Assembly (NCBI GenBank): GCA_002269645.1
Contig: NIVC01000973.1
Coordinates: forward strand, 1-64,000
Direction: 5' to 3'
Origin: Macrostomum lignano
Taxonomy: Eukaryota
DNA length: 64,000 nucleotides
Within the stretch, counting starts at the first letter, position 1. Each line of letters begins with the position of its first letter. The translations under genes and the position numbers were made by a program. Below are positions 24,003 to 36,369 of the stretch, piece after piece. A model generated the notes under the pieces. That model searched no databases and was not told the origin of the DNA. It saw only the letters and a program-made list of their open reading frames with translations.

Positions 24003-25565
24003 CTTGGCTGTCACTAGGTCATAAAAAGTCGAATAGAGCAGACTTGCACTCACACACTATCATCCTCACAGCAGACCTGACTTTCTAATTGTCAGGCAGA
24101 TGAATCAAGAGTTGTGATCTATGAGTTGGACAAGTATTATAGATGTATAATAGACACCAAATTAGGCAATTTAAATTGTCTTAAAATAGTCAAAGGGTAT
24201 AAGTTTCTAATATTATAGCCAATGGAATCTTAGTGATTACTTTTTATTATAGTGAAAAAAACAAAAAAGTGCTATGTTACCTAAAATAGAATAATCTTGA
24301 GTTTACTTTAGGCATTTTTCAAAAATGGCATAATAACTTTAATTTCCTAAATGATAATCCATAAATAAAATATATTTTTACATTCATTTATATACTAGTA
24401 ATATCAAGTGATAATAATAAATTTATGAATGTGTTCTCTATCACCAATTAATTTACATTTTTTAAATATTTTAATCATCTAAGAATTTTTATTAAAATTA
24501 ACTAGCAAATATATAGCAATTGCATAAAAAACTCAATAACTTTTGACTATAATTACTTATACCTAGCTGAATAGCCAATACATATATACACATATATACA
24601 TATGCAATCTCTGAAATTATGCTAGCTATAAAAGTTTTGACTAAAAATGCAACTTTGTTATATAACTCACCTAAAAACAAAGCAAAATTCTTTAAATCAT
24701 TGTCAAATTTTGTCAAAAAATCTATGCAACTTATCTTTTCTTTAGTCTATTTTACTTTATATAATCTCTATTAGCTAGGTCAGCTAGCAACTATACAACA
24801 ATAAAAATATTAACATATAATAGCTTTTTTTAAATAAATACCCTAGATTTGACTTAGCATATATATAGCATTATTAAAAATATATAAATTAATATATAAG
24901 TTAACTAATATTTTAATAATATAAAACAAAATGGTTTTAAAGTAAAAGAATAAGCTATTAAGCTTTTAGTAGACCTATCTAATTATAAGATGTTTTTAAA
25001 AACAAATGTCAGTGGCTAGATATCTCTGCTTAAACAAATGTGGCAAACCTGATTTTTTAGCACATACACGCACAACCTTTGGAATCACTTGGCCATTTCT
25101 TTTGGCAACATACATATATAAGTTGCTATTGGTTACATTAGTTACATGAATACTATTCCATCCAATAGCAACTTAATCTATCCAAATGGCAAATTGAATC
25201 CCTTGGTTGTACCTAGCATGTTTTAGCATGTTTTACACATGGCAAAGACAGGGTATAGCATCCTAGAGATCAAAGATGCCTTAGCCATGGCCTACCTAGA
25301 CGAGTAACTATCTAAAAGGCAAATCTACCACCTTATCTGCCAAGTGAAGGATGGTCAATACACAGATCAGCATATGTTCAATGCAAAAAAAACAAGGCAA
25401 TCTACAGAAACCATTGCAGCTAGGCTAGAGGCCATTGAGTTTGATTGCCACAAAACTATCAAGGAATTGGCTGAAGACTGACTTGTCTACTGGCATAATC
25501 CATACAATCTTGCATGCAGATCTTGGACTGTCCAAGAATAGCAAGCACTGGGGGTTCCTTGGTTA

Positions 25566-25832
25566 CCCTATTGCAGCCAAGGTCTGAACCGCGCCGGACG
25601 CCCCCCTTTCCCGCGCCAGACATCTACCCGTACTGCGCCAGGGCCAGTCCCCAGGATCAGTGATTTGGTTCAATTAGTCAGTCAATGGCTCGCCGCGCGC
25701 TGCGCGCCGCCGCCACACACCACGCCACCGCGCGCCGCCGCCACGCGCCGCGCCGCCGCGCGCGCCGCGCCGCCACCAGTCCAATCCGCCCCCGGACGCC
25801 GTCCACGAAAACGGCCATTGGCTGCAATAGGG
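25566..25832. mobile_element. GC-rich 267-bp MITE, 15-bp TIR, 8-bp TSD
   Basis: ccctattgcagccaa ... ttggctgcaataggg. CTTGGTTA occurs at 25558-25565 and 25833-25840. Confidence 0.85.
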
Positions 25833-26034
25833 CTTGGTTACTATTGCTAGAGCAGAAAGTGTGATAGTTTTCTGGAAATACTTGATCCATGTACTTCCTC
25901 ATCCACTGTACTTGCTAGATTTGGCTCCACATACTTCTGGCTCTTTTGTAAAGCAAAACAAGAGTTATTGGTCATCTAGCTAGCTGACAACTCAGTCAGG
26001 AATAAGTTGGAATAGGTTGTAAGAGGTCTCTTAA

Positions 26035-27582
26035 CCTCTTCAAGATGGTGAAGATATTTGTCACTCTCAGTTTCAGTTGGATAGGTCAAAATCGGGCCAT
26101 AGACACTTTCTTTTAGCTCAAACATTGCATTCCCATTCCAGTTAGAAAGACCACAGAGTAAAATATTTTATACATAGATGTCTGTGTCCTCTGTGAGTTT
26201 AGAACTTTCTGTCACAGACAAAAAAGTGTTTCATCTTAATCCGCAACATTCCTAAAAGTATTCCAAAAAGCATGGCTTTGAGAAGACCTCCACCCAGGCA
26301 GGCTTTACTAGCAGCAAAACGCAGACTCGGTCTTGATTCTGACACCGACGAGTCTGAAATTAACAACAGCGCTGACTTGGATTCTGAGGATGAGGCCAAT
26401 TTGGAGCAAGAAGAAGACAAAATTGTGGTACAACAGGAAGAATGGAACATTGTGTTGGAGCACAATGACAAATGACTGGATCAATGTCCCGAATTTTTGG
26501 GAACAACTGGCTGCAATTTATCTTGGAATCTGCCAGATCAAGCCGATGATAATGAATCTTTATTATATAATGAAAAATAAAGATATTAATGAATAAAGAT
26601 AATGAATCTTTAATAATGATGATAATGATAAAGGATTGTGGAATTCCTATGCTTCTTCAAGAGCAGAACATCCAGCCAACTTCTTTGAGATTTGCGAGGA
26701 ACAGCAACGTTCTGGCATGCAAGTTTGTTAACAAAAAGCAGAGTGGAACAAAGATTGTCTACGTGATTGACACTTCAGGCCAGGCGGGCTGTGTCAATGT
26801 TACTAGAATTTGCTGAGGCGGCGTGGAAGAAGTAATCCAAAAGCCGGTTTGCATCACCAACTATTCGTCTTTTATGGGCGGCATAGATCGCCTGGACAAA
26901 GGATTCCAGCCGTACCATCCGGATAGGAAGACACAGAAATGGTTTCAGAAGCTTGGTTTTCACATCATCCTCTTTCTAGTTTGAAATGCTTAGCTTGTTT
27001 ATCAGAATGCTAGAGTAACAAAGAGCTTCCTCAGCTTCCTGGAAGTTGCCAACAAGAATTTGATTGAACAATCTGGGCCAGGCAGACATTGCATTTCGGT
27101 TTGGGTTGGTTGAGCACCCACTGCAGCCAGGCACATTCCAAGCAAGTCAGGCCAGGTTGTTGGGCAAAATCGACCAAGGCATTGATGCCAACAATGTCAA
27201 AAGAAGACAGTGTACGTCTGCTCGCAGTGTCCTGGCGTCTTACCACTGTGTCTTCTGAACTGTTTTGGAATGTGGCACAATAATTAAAGAACCATTATCT
27301 AAGGTTTCTAAGGTGTTAGAAAGCTTTGAATGCTTTTGAAATTTGAATGAAACTTTCCCGCTATGTTTGCTGGTTTGTTACTGTTGTTATTGTTAATATG
27401 AGCCATCTTTGCAAAGTTTGTTTGCTTTACTTCTATTAGGCCTATTGGTCAAGTTCGACCCATAGCCAACTAGAATGGTGGGTAGAGAATTTGTGCACTG
27501 GCCATAGATATTTTGAACCAACTACGCTGGGGAGTTGCGCTAATACCAAGTGGTTAAAAATGACCTTCCCGACTTCTTAAGG
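26035..27582 (+). mobile_element. piggyBac deletion derivative
   Basis: TTAA at 26031-34 and 27583-86. Acidic N-terminus and KPVCITNYSSFMGGIDRLDKGFQPYHPDRKTQKWFQKL (piggyBac DDD C-part). Removing it restores the mariner frame. Confidence 0.85.
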
Positions 27583-29340
27583 TTAATAGAAGCTTTTGCC
27601 CTGGCCTTCAGGAAATGGATAGATCTCTGCAAAAAGTGCATCAAACTTGAGCAAGATTATGTTGAAAAAGTGTGAAAAAATTGTATGCTTGCTCAGGGAG
27701 CTAAGATATGAGGTCACTGACATTTGTTTTGAATATACCTTGTAAGTTATTTATACCAAAATAAATGGTTTTCCAAAATATATTTATAGGCTTAAATAGA
27801 TACTAGGTCTTGCTTCATATGGCCTAGGATTATTGTTGATAAAATTTATAGATTTGATATATTTTTTAGATAGAAATTCAATACCATTGACCTATGGCTA
27901 TGAAACTGTTTTTTTGTATATTGCCAAGATATTATCACTTTCTTTTCAAGTTTTTATAGTCATCTAAAAAACTAACATAAACTAAATATACCCTGGGGCT
28001 AGTATAAGGAAGTTTTATATTCCCTAAATTAATATTTGAGGCCTTGTTATAACTAAAAGGTTAAGTATTTTTTATTCTTGACCCACTTGGAATTGGAAAA
28101 TTGTTCTTAATCAAGGTATTTAGCTCTGAATTGCTTTAATTCAGGTCTACCTACCCAGCTGTCAAATGGGTATTAGCATTAGTTGAACTGAGCTGAGGCT
28201 AAGGGAATTAAAGGTATATAGGCCCAGTGACTTCCATCTTAGGACTGGTTACTGAACAGCATATATTTCATACTAGACTGACTTTGCTACTGTCTGTACT
28301 ATAGGCTGTAGCTAGCTCACCCCTAGCTGGTTACTTGCAAGTGTTTAGCGAAAAGAAAAAAAGAAGATTCTTTCTTTATCTAGCTGAAAGTCACTGAAAT
28401 TAAATTAAATAATTTGCAGTATTATATAACAGCCTTATTGCACATGTAAAAAATTCTACAAAATTCTACACGTTTTGAATCGCGGCTTGATAATTTTTCA
28501 AAAAGTCACATCCTTGATGATATTTTATTTTTAACAAACTAAAAAAGCAAAGTTACACATATATTAATCATGCAAAACTTCATTACAATTAAAAATAAAT
28601 ATTCCTCAACATTTAGACTTAAGCTTGAGATTTTTTGTCTATATGAAAACCCAAAGCCGCGGTAAATAATATATAATACAAATTCAAAATTTACCGCATT
28701 TATCGCGCTTCTAAAATTAACCTAAGCTAAATATCAGCAAAATCAGCACTAATAAATGTACTATACACTTAATTTTCGTGTTCTAAAGAGCTATCTCTAT
28801 GCTACGAAAGCTGTTTGTCTTATTATCGGCTGTTAACCGCGTAATAGTTTGAACAGTATGGAAAATAGGATTAGTAGGTTGAGCATAGAAAGGTATAGTC
28901 ACTTATTTTTTGGCCAAAAAATTCAGATTCCCTTTAAAATTTCTTACCTGAATTCATTATTTTTATATGTTGAAAGCATTTTTAACCTGCTTGAGATATG
29001 CTTAAACCCTCATAAATCCTCATTTTCTTGTATCTTCGTCTGAAGACTTATAATATATTTATTTAAACTGATTTTTAACACTTGAAATATTCATTTTTAG
29101 TTACAAAGTTTTTAAGCTGACAATTATTTCAGAAAAATAACCACTTTCGTTTTATAACTCATTTTCTAATTCGTATTTGTCAGGAAGTTAATTATTTGAC
29201 TATTTTCAAACTTCTAGACTGAGTTTCTCTATAAGTCAATAGTTTTATAGAAAGTAAATTTTCAAATTTTACTTTACACATTCTATTTCGAAATATTCTG
29301 GATATATGGATGACAATCTGCACAGTTTTTCTTTTCAGCT

Positions 29341-29624
29341 ATGAGTAACCAGCGCCTGGCCAAATTTCAAAATAACAATGGGGGTCCCGCAGTGGAGGAA
29401 AAATCTGCGCCAACGCGAATTGAACTGCGCAAAGAAATCGGCGTTGTACAGGGCATGGCTATCATCATTGGCTTTGTCATTGGTTCTGGCATATTTGTGT
29501 CACCTAAGGGCATACTGCAGGAGTCGGGCAGCGTGGGATTCAGCTTTGTCATGTGGACATTAGCAGGTGTCTACAGTGGATTCGGTGCACTTTGCTATGC
29601 GGAACTGGGCACCACCATTCCGAG
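29341..29624 (+). CDS. SLC7 L-type (LAT/y+LAT-like) amino acid transporter exon 1
   Basis: LRKEIGVVQGMAIIIGFVIGSGIFVSPKGIL..GALCYAELGTTIP (TM1 GSG motif). Acceptor-like cttttcag ends 2 nt before the ATG. Confidence 0.93.
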
Positions 29625-29981
29625 GTTGGCTTAATCTTTACATCTTTGCCATTTGATTTTATTTTTGTCCAACTATTGTCCAAATCCATTTTTACTTATA
29701 AAAATTAGAAAGCTAATTCCCTGATGTACTGCAATGAAGCTGATGTAATGATTCAGGATGTAAATATAATAGTTTCAGTTACTGGCGATGTAAAACATCT
29801 TTTAAAGTTACGATTCTTTGTTTGGACAACCACTGCGCCGCTAAAAAACTCATCTTCCAAAAACAGCACTGCTCGGGTTATGAGAGCAGTCAGGCATTTT
29901 TATCAGACAGCATATTCGATACTGATAAAAACTGCACCCTTAATCCGTGATCCCAAAAGCATTCTGCCCCATCATTGTCAG

Positions 29982-30184
29982 ATCCGGTGGCGAGTACATC
30001 TACGTTCTGCAAGTTTTCGGTCCCCTGCCCGCATTCTTGGTGCTGTGGATTGCGTTTATCGTCACTGGCTGCGTCACCATGGCGGCCAACTCGCTGTTAT
30101 TCGCCAAGTATTGCCTGACACCGCTGTACCCCGGCTGCCCGGTGCCCGAGTACCTCACTCGACTGACCGCGTTTCTGTCCGTGT
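29982..30184 (+). CDS. SLC7 transporter exon 2
   Basis: SGGEYIYVLQVFGPLPAFLVLW..FAKY..PLYPGCPVP. Flanked by AG and GT. Confidence 0.92.
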
Positions 30185-30283
30185 GTGAGTGCAATACTAT
30201 AGTCACAGAGTAAAATTCCTTTGATCCACAGAAAATTTTTATGCTTTCTATGACAAAATCAATAATTATTTTCTTCTGAGCAG

Positions 30284-30506
30284 CCCTGCTGACCGCAGTC
30301 AACTGCCTGAAGGTGAAATGGGCCACCAAGCTGGCGGTAGTAATGTCCCTATCGAAAGTGTGCGCTCTGCTAGTTGTCACGGGCGTCGGCATGTATTGGC
30401 TTAGCCGAGGTAGCACGGAGAATTTTGAGAACTCGTTTGAGGGCAGCGACTACACAGCAGGATTTGTGTCGGCCTTCTACCAGGGCTTCTGGGCCTACAG
30501 CGGATG
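30284..30506 (+). CDS. SLC7 transporter exon 3
   Basis: LTAVNCLKVKWATK..AFYQGFWAYSGW (TM6 motif). Confidence 0.92.
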
Positions 30507-30707
30507 GTGAGCTGCAGGGGGTTCTTAGTAGCTCATATGCGCATGCCAAAGGGGCGCCCCGCTACTCAAAGTTTTGGTATCCACTTTTTTTGTCATGTGT
30601 ATACATACGAGTATACGCACTTTGTAATTGAAAATACTTGGAATTTAGCCATAATCATAGTTTAATTTATGACCAGAATATATCCTTCAATGATAGCTCT
30701 CCTCCAG

Positions 30708-31077
30708 GAATTGTTTGAACTTCCTCACCGAAGAGATGAAGCGCCCGTCGCGCAGCCTCCCACTGGCAATAACCCTGTCGTTGTCGCTAATCACGGCAAT
30801 CTATATAACTGTTAACGTAGCCTACCTGGCCGTCCTATCGCCGGAGCGTCTGGTGGCGTCGCACGCCGTTGCGGTAACCTTCGCCGAGCGCTCGATGGGC
30901 GCCTTCGCCCTGGCCATGCCACTGCTAGTCGCCATGTCTATATTCGGCAGTTTGAATGGCGAGATTTTGGGTATGTCGAGAGTGGCATTCACGGCAGCTA
31001 ACGAGGGCCACTTTCCATCAGTGTTGGGCATGGTGCAAGCGAGCCGGCTGACTCCGGTTCCGGCTGTGCTTGCTATG
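30708..31077 (+). CDS. SLC7 transporter exon 4
   Basis: NCLNFLTEEMKRPSRSLPLAI..FGSLNG..SRVAFTAANEGHFP..TPVPA. Confidence 0.92.
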
Positions 31078-31214
31078 GTGAGCGCTTCAGTGTTGCACTT
31101 TTAACTGACTCACCTGATTATATGGTATAGCTTGTGCTGTTTTGAGTCGATATTGATTTCAATTTTAGAAAAAATATTTATTAGTAAAGGTGGTTGGAGA
31201 ACACTACCGATCCG

Positions 31215-31450
31215 TGACTCGGTCAGACAGGTACTGCACTGACTGGTGACTCGGTCAGACAGGTACTGTACTGACTGGTGACTCGGTCAGACAGGTACTG
31301 TACTGACTGGTGACTCGGTCAGACAGGTACTGCACTGAACGGTGACTCGGTCAGACAGGTACTGCACTGAACGGTGACTCGGTCAGACAGGTACTGTACT
31401 GAACGGTGACTCGGTCAGAACGGTTACTCGGTCAGAGAGGTACTGTATCG
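31215..31450. repeat. Minisatellite, ~32 bp (SLC7 intron)
   Basis: tgactcggtcagacaggtactgtactgactgg unit. Confidence 0.9.
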
Positions 31451-31510
31451 AGCTGTGACTCATATCAGAGCCTTAGACCCTCCTTTACTCCCACCTTGAC
31501 TTCAATCCAG

Positions 31511-31666
31511 TTCGTATGCAGCGTCGTGTACCAGCAGGTATTCACCAACAAGCTGGACTATCTCATAGAGCTGACCGGCTTCTCCTACATGGCGATCATC
31601 TTGATGGCCCTCGGTTGCCTGCTGGTGCTGCGATTTCGTCAACCGGAGCTGCATCGACCCTTCCGG
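31511..31666 (+). CDS. SLC7 transporter exon 5
   Basis: LDYLIELTGFS..LLVLRFRQPELHRPFR. Phase 0/0. Confidence 0.85.
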
Positions 31667-32719
31667 GTGAGAGCGACAGTGCTAAGATTGGCAATGCGAA
31701 CAAAGATAGGCCTTCAATACAGAAGCATCATCGATCCACGACACTTCACTGCCGATGATTCGACTGCCTAATTCTAACCAAATCCTAACCCTAACTAAAC
31801 CTTAACCCTACCCTAAATCGTTGGCAGTCTAAATAGTTGGCAGTCAAACAGTGGCGGTCAAAGTGACAGTGACAGTCAAGCAGTGACAGTCAAGCAGTGG
31901 CAGTCAATCAGTGACAGTCAAGCAGTGACAGTCAAGCAGTGACAGTCAAAAGCACCCTGGCTGTGTGCACCCAGGCGCACTTTAAGGGACATTGTCACAA
32001 CCAGCGAGAGGCATTACTGCCCATTCTGCCGACTCCCCTGAGCAAGCACACAACGCTACTCGATGGTCTGGCAAACAAACTTAAAGGAAGTTTGATAGGA
32101 ACGGCGCTGCACCTTTACCTGGATAAAGTTGGCGTCGAAATGCTAAAACGCTACTGTTTATTAGCCCAGACTGACTTTCCTGATACAGATGCTGCTGGTA
32201 TAGGCAATGCTACAGCCCACCGCACAAGTGGGTCACCCCTCAATAGCTATTTTTCGGCCATTCACAGTTGAGTGCTCGAACTCGCCACAGTTGAACCTGC
32301 TCGAGTTTGTTCCGGTCGACCGAACTGGGCCAAGACCATGCAGAGAGCTGATTAAATTTGCAAAGCCTAAATTGCCACAGCCACGACCCCTACAGCTGCC
32401 TGCCTGCCTGCCTAACCTTCTAGAGCTATCGGTTCCAGATTTGAAAAGCTTTAGGTCCCCGTTCTGCTCTTGGTTTGGCATTCAAGTCCACAGTGAATAT
32501 TATCGCAGCTATGAGTTAATAATAGTAATAATAATTGATTACACCTGCCCCAATTGGGCCAGATGTGCAACCGACAGCTCAGCCGCAGCTATTGCGCGGT
32601 GCATCTGAAGGCTGCGTACGGCTGTTCAGTCCAAGGACTGGGGGGTCGCCACACACAGCCTCAATTATCCCAGCTAATGCTGGCACCCATTTTACAGCTG
32701 GGTGAACTGAAGCAATGCA

Positions 32720-32948
32720 GGTGCTTGCGCCCCTGGTGCTTGTGCCCCTGGTGCTTGTGCCACTGGTGCTTGTGCCCCTGGTGCTTGTGCCCCTGGTGCT
32801 TGTGCCCCTGGTGCTTGTGCCCCTGGTGCTTGTGCCCCTGGTGCTGGCGCCCCTGGTGCTTGTGCCCCTGGTGCTTGCGCCCCTGGTGCTTGTGCCCCTG
32901 GTGCTTGCGCCCCTGGTGCTTGTGCCCTTGGTGCTGGCGCCCCTGGCG
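32720..32948. repeat. Minisatellite, 15 bp (SLC7 intron)
   Basis: cccctggtgcttgtg unit. Confidence 0.95.
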
Positions 32949-33051
32949 TTTCTTTTCTTATCCTTCAAATTGCTCCTTTGATTATCTGCTCGGTCACAAA
33001 ATTTAGTTCCAGTAATTGCTAAACTTTCCGTTTCAATTTGCCATTCGGCAG

Positions 33052-33232
33052 CTTCCACTAGCTGTTCCGGTCGCCATGTTCCTGGTCACGGCCGGCATTT
33101 GCGTGTTCACCCTGATCAAGTCGCCAGCAGAGAGCATCATGTCCTTGCTGATCATGCTGAGTGGAGTGCCTCTGTTCTGCGTAGGCCTGCTGTGTCGGGC
33201 CAAACCCGACTGCCCGCTGAGTACCGGCATGG
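33052..33232 (+). CDS. SLC7 transporter exon 6
   Basis: LPLAVPVAMFL..IMLSGVPLF (last TMs). Donor G|GTGAGC. Confidence 0.85.
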
Positions 33233-33304
33233 GTGAGCAGCTAGCTAATTTGTGCCCGAGCTGCAGTAGTTCGCCAGCTTATCGAATTTATATGCACCTT
33301 ATTA

Positions 33305-33845
33305 CGGATTAGGACACCCGGTTTTCAGATTAGGACACCCGGATTTCGGATTAGGACACCCGGATTTCAGATTAGGACACCCGGATTTCGGATTAGGACA
33401 CCCGGATTTCAGATTAGGACACCCGGATTTCGGATTAGGACACCCGGTTTTCAGATTAGGACACTCGGATTTCGGATTAGGACACCCGGATTTCGGATTA
33501 GGACACCCGGTTTTCAGATAAGGACACCCGGTTTTCGGATTAGGATATCTGGTTTTCGGATTAGGACACCCGGTTTTCGGATTAGGACACCCGGATTTCA
33601 GATTAGGACACCCGGATTTCGGATTAGGACACCCGGTTTTCAGATTAGGACACTCGGATTTCGGATTAGGACACCCGGATTTCGGATTAGGACACCCGGT
33701 TTTCAGATAAGGACACCCGGTTTTCGGATTAGGATATCTGGTTTTCGGATTAGGACACCCGGTTTTCGGATTAGGACACCCGGTTTTCGGATTAGGACAC
33801 CCGGTTTTCGGATTAGGACACCCGGTTTTCGGATTAGGACACCCA
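33305..33845. repeat. Minisatellite, 21 bp (SLC7 intron)
   Basis: gattaggacacccggttttcg unit. Confidence 0.95.
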
Positions 33846-33925
33846 ATATTCATGTTGAAATAGAAATATTGGATATTGCTATAACTGAGCCACTTCCGAT
33901 GTCTCGCCACTAATTTCACTTGCAG

Positions 33926-33987
33926 ATGACGTGACAAAATTGCTGCAGAAATTTCTTCTAGTACTACCGCAGGAGAAAGAGGACTGA
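33926..33987 (+). CDS. SLC7 transporter exon 7 (terminal)
   Basis: cacttgcag|AT..; reads DDVTKLLQKFLLVLPQEKED*, the typical LAT C-terminus. Phase 1. Confidence 0.8.
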
Positions 33988-34119
33988 CCGGATGGCCAGG
34001 TGGCCAAGGAGTTTTAACATATTTTTAATAACTATTGCCGTGATTGCCTTTGGCGAGCCGCCATCGGCCTGTCTGAAAGTTCCTATCGATCTCTAGAAGC
34101 CTCTTGAACGTTCTGGAGC

Positions 34120-34425
34120 TCTAGCGATTCTCAGCATCTCTAGCGATTCTCAGCATCTCTAGCGATTCTCAGCATCTCTAGCGATTCTCAGCATCTCTAG
34201 CGATTCTCAGCATCTCTAGCGATTCTCAGCATCTCTAGCGATTCTCAGCATCTCTAGCGATTCTCAGCATCTCTAGCGATTCTCAGCATCTCTAGCGATT
34301 CTCAGCATCTCTAGCGATTCTCAGCATCTCTAATGATTATCAGACTCTCTTTAATGATTATCAGACTCTCTTTAATGATTATCAGAATCTCTTTAATGAT
34401 TATCAGAATCTCTTTAATGTTTATC
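34120..34425. repeat. Two adjoining ~19-20 bp minisatellites
   Basis: ctctagcgattctcagcat changes into ctctttaatgattatcaga. Confidence 0.9.
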
Positions 34426-34894
34426 AGAACAAATTGTTAAGTTTTTGTTGAATTCTTATAACTTGTAATAACTTAGTGAAATTTCTTTGCAGTAGAAGCG
34501 CACTCTGAAATGAAAATGTTTTTAAAGCATACTGTTGCACTATTATAGTTAACTTTATTCTGCCTTTTTGCCATTTTCTCACTGAAGAGCTCACCAAAAC
34601 AGACTAGAAAGATGCATACAACGAATCAGTCTGTCTGCCGGTCTGTTTACTGTCTAGAAAGTTGCATTTTCTGTCACCTGAACTGAATTGAAATTTTCAC
34701 TTGCTATATTGCCTCAGCTGTCTGTGGGTTGTCATCGACTTGTCGGGTTGTCTGCATTATTGCACAACTCGTATTTGCTATACTCTTTGTTTGTATCGGA
34801 TTTTTTTTCTTAGAAATAGATTTGTTTTTGCCTTGCTTTCGAGGGTCCTCTGAAGGCTGTAGGCAAAATGTGGCGTGCTATTTTTTAGCTGCGT

Positions 34895-35585
34895 GTCCCT
34901 CCCCAGCATCTCCGGCTTCATCTCTCCCCCAGCATCTCCGGCTCCATCTCACTCCAGCATCTCCAGCTCCATCTCCTCCAGCATCTCCAGCTCCATCTCC
35001 CCAGCATCTCCAGCTCCATCTCCCCAGCATCTCCAGCTCCATCTCACCCCAGCACCTCCAGCTCCATCTCACCGAACATCTCCAGCTCCATCTTTCCCCA
35101 ACATCTCCAGCTCCATCTCTCCCAGCATCTCCAGCTACACCCCCCAGCATCTCCGGCTCCATCTCTCCCCAGCATCTCCAGCTCCATATCCCCCAGCATC
35201 TCCAGCTCCATCTCTCCCAGCATCTCCAGCTCCATCTCTCCCAGCATCTCCAGCTCCACCCCTTAGTATCTCCGGCTCCATCTCACCCAACATCTCAAGC
35301 TCCAGCTCCCTCAGAATCTCCAATTCTATCTGTCCCCAGCATCTCCGGCTCCATCCCCCAGCATCTCCGGCTCCATCCCCCAGCATCTCCGGCTCCATCC
35401 CCCCAGCATCTTCAGCTCCATCTCTCCCCAGCATCTCCAGCTCCATATCCCCCAGCATCTCCAGCTCCATCTCTCCCAGCATCTTCAGCTCCATCTCTCC
35501 CCAGCATCTCCAGCTCCATATCCCCCAGCATCTCCAGCTCCATATCCCCCAGCATCTCCAGCTCCATCTCTCCAGCATCCCCAGC
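34895..35585. repeat. Degenerate minisatellite
   Basis: ccccagcatctccagctccatct unit. Confidence 0.9.
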
Positions 35586-36369
35586 TAGATAGCAGAGCAG
35601 GCATTGAGCCCAATCAGGCCCAAGAGGCCATTGTGCTTCACAGTCTAGCAATCCGATAGCTGTACTGCACTGCACTAATACAGTCATTCTGTCTAGGTAA
35701 AGTGATTTTCTGCAATATTTTCTTTATCTTTTGCGATTCGAATTATCCATGCTTTTTTGTTAACGATACTTTATCGTCCTTTATTTTACAATTCTTTTAG
35801 CATAATTTCTGCCGTTAGTTCCTGCATCTATAGCTGTTTGCACGAGACTGCGCATTACTCTATTTTTTAGCTTTATTTCCAATTTGCGCGCAGTCTGTAT
35901 GTACGAGCCGTAGACATGAATTAAAACAAATCACAATATACCAAATCAGAACCTTACTGGCCTATCGAATCAATACTGTCTACGGATATCTCTAGATTTT
36001 CTACTAATTGTCTCGCCTCGAGCTGATGTGAAACTTTCACTCAAATATCCACTGTGTCTCAGCTCACCAAAGCACTGGATTAGTGCTAGTCTCCCCAGAT
36101 TATCGACCACTAAAAAAGGGATTTCCTTAAAATAACTCCAATCCCTTGTACGAGTTCTGCTTGCTGTCTAGTTCGCACAGCTCCCCTTCCTGCCCAGCTG
36201 ACAGAATCAATCGACCAGAGAGCTTCGGCTGATTTTGAGCTGCCGTGACAAACATTTCGATTACTTCGATTCACAGCCGGTGCACCTAATGCTGTGAGGT
36301 TGCTGCCATGGCCAGGACTTGTCGGGATTTTCTGTGCTCACTATGAGCCAACAGTATCAGTAGTGGCGG

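Larger units (their letters stand above)
24986..27742 (+). mobile_element. Decayed, internally deleted mariner element with two nested insertions
   Basis: TA-flanked TIRs share aaaacaaatgtcagtg..atatct. HTH TIKELAE..HTILHADLGLSK..WVP, HPLYLLDLAP (from YSPDLAP), and C-terminus FRKWIDLCKKCIKLEQDYVEKV*. Confidence 0.85.

Noticed and set aside
24498-24716. NFALFLGELYNK resembles a MIF4G/PAIP1 motif
   Set aside because: Short match in very AT-rich decayed DNA, with no supporting neighbouring exons.
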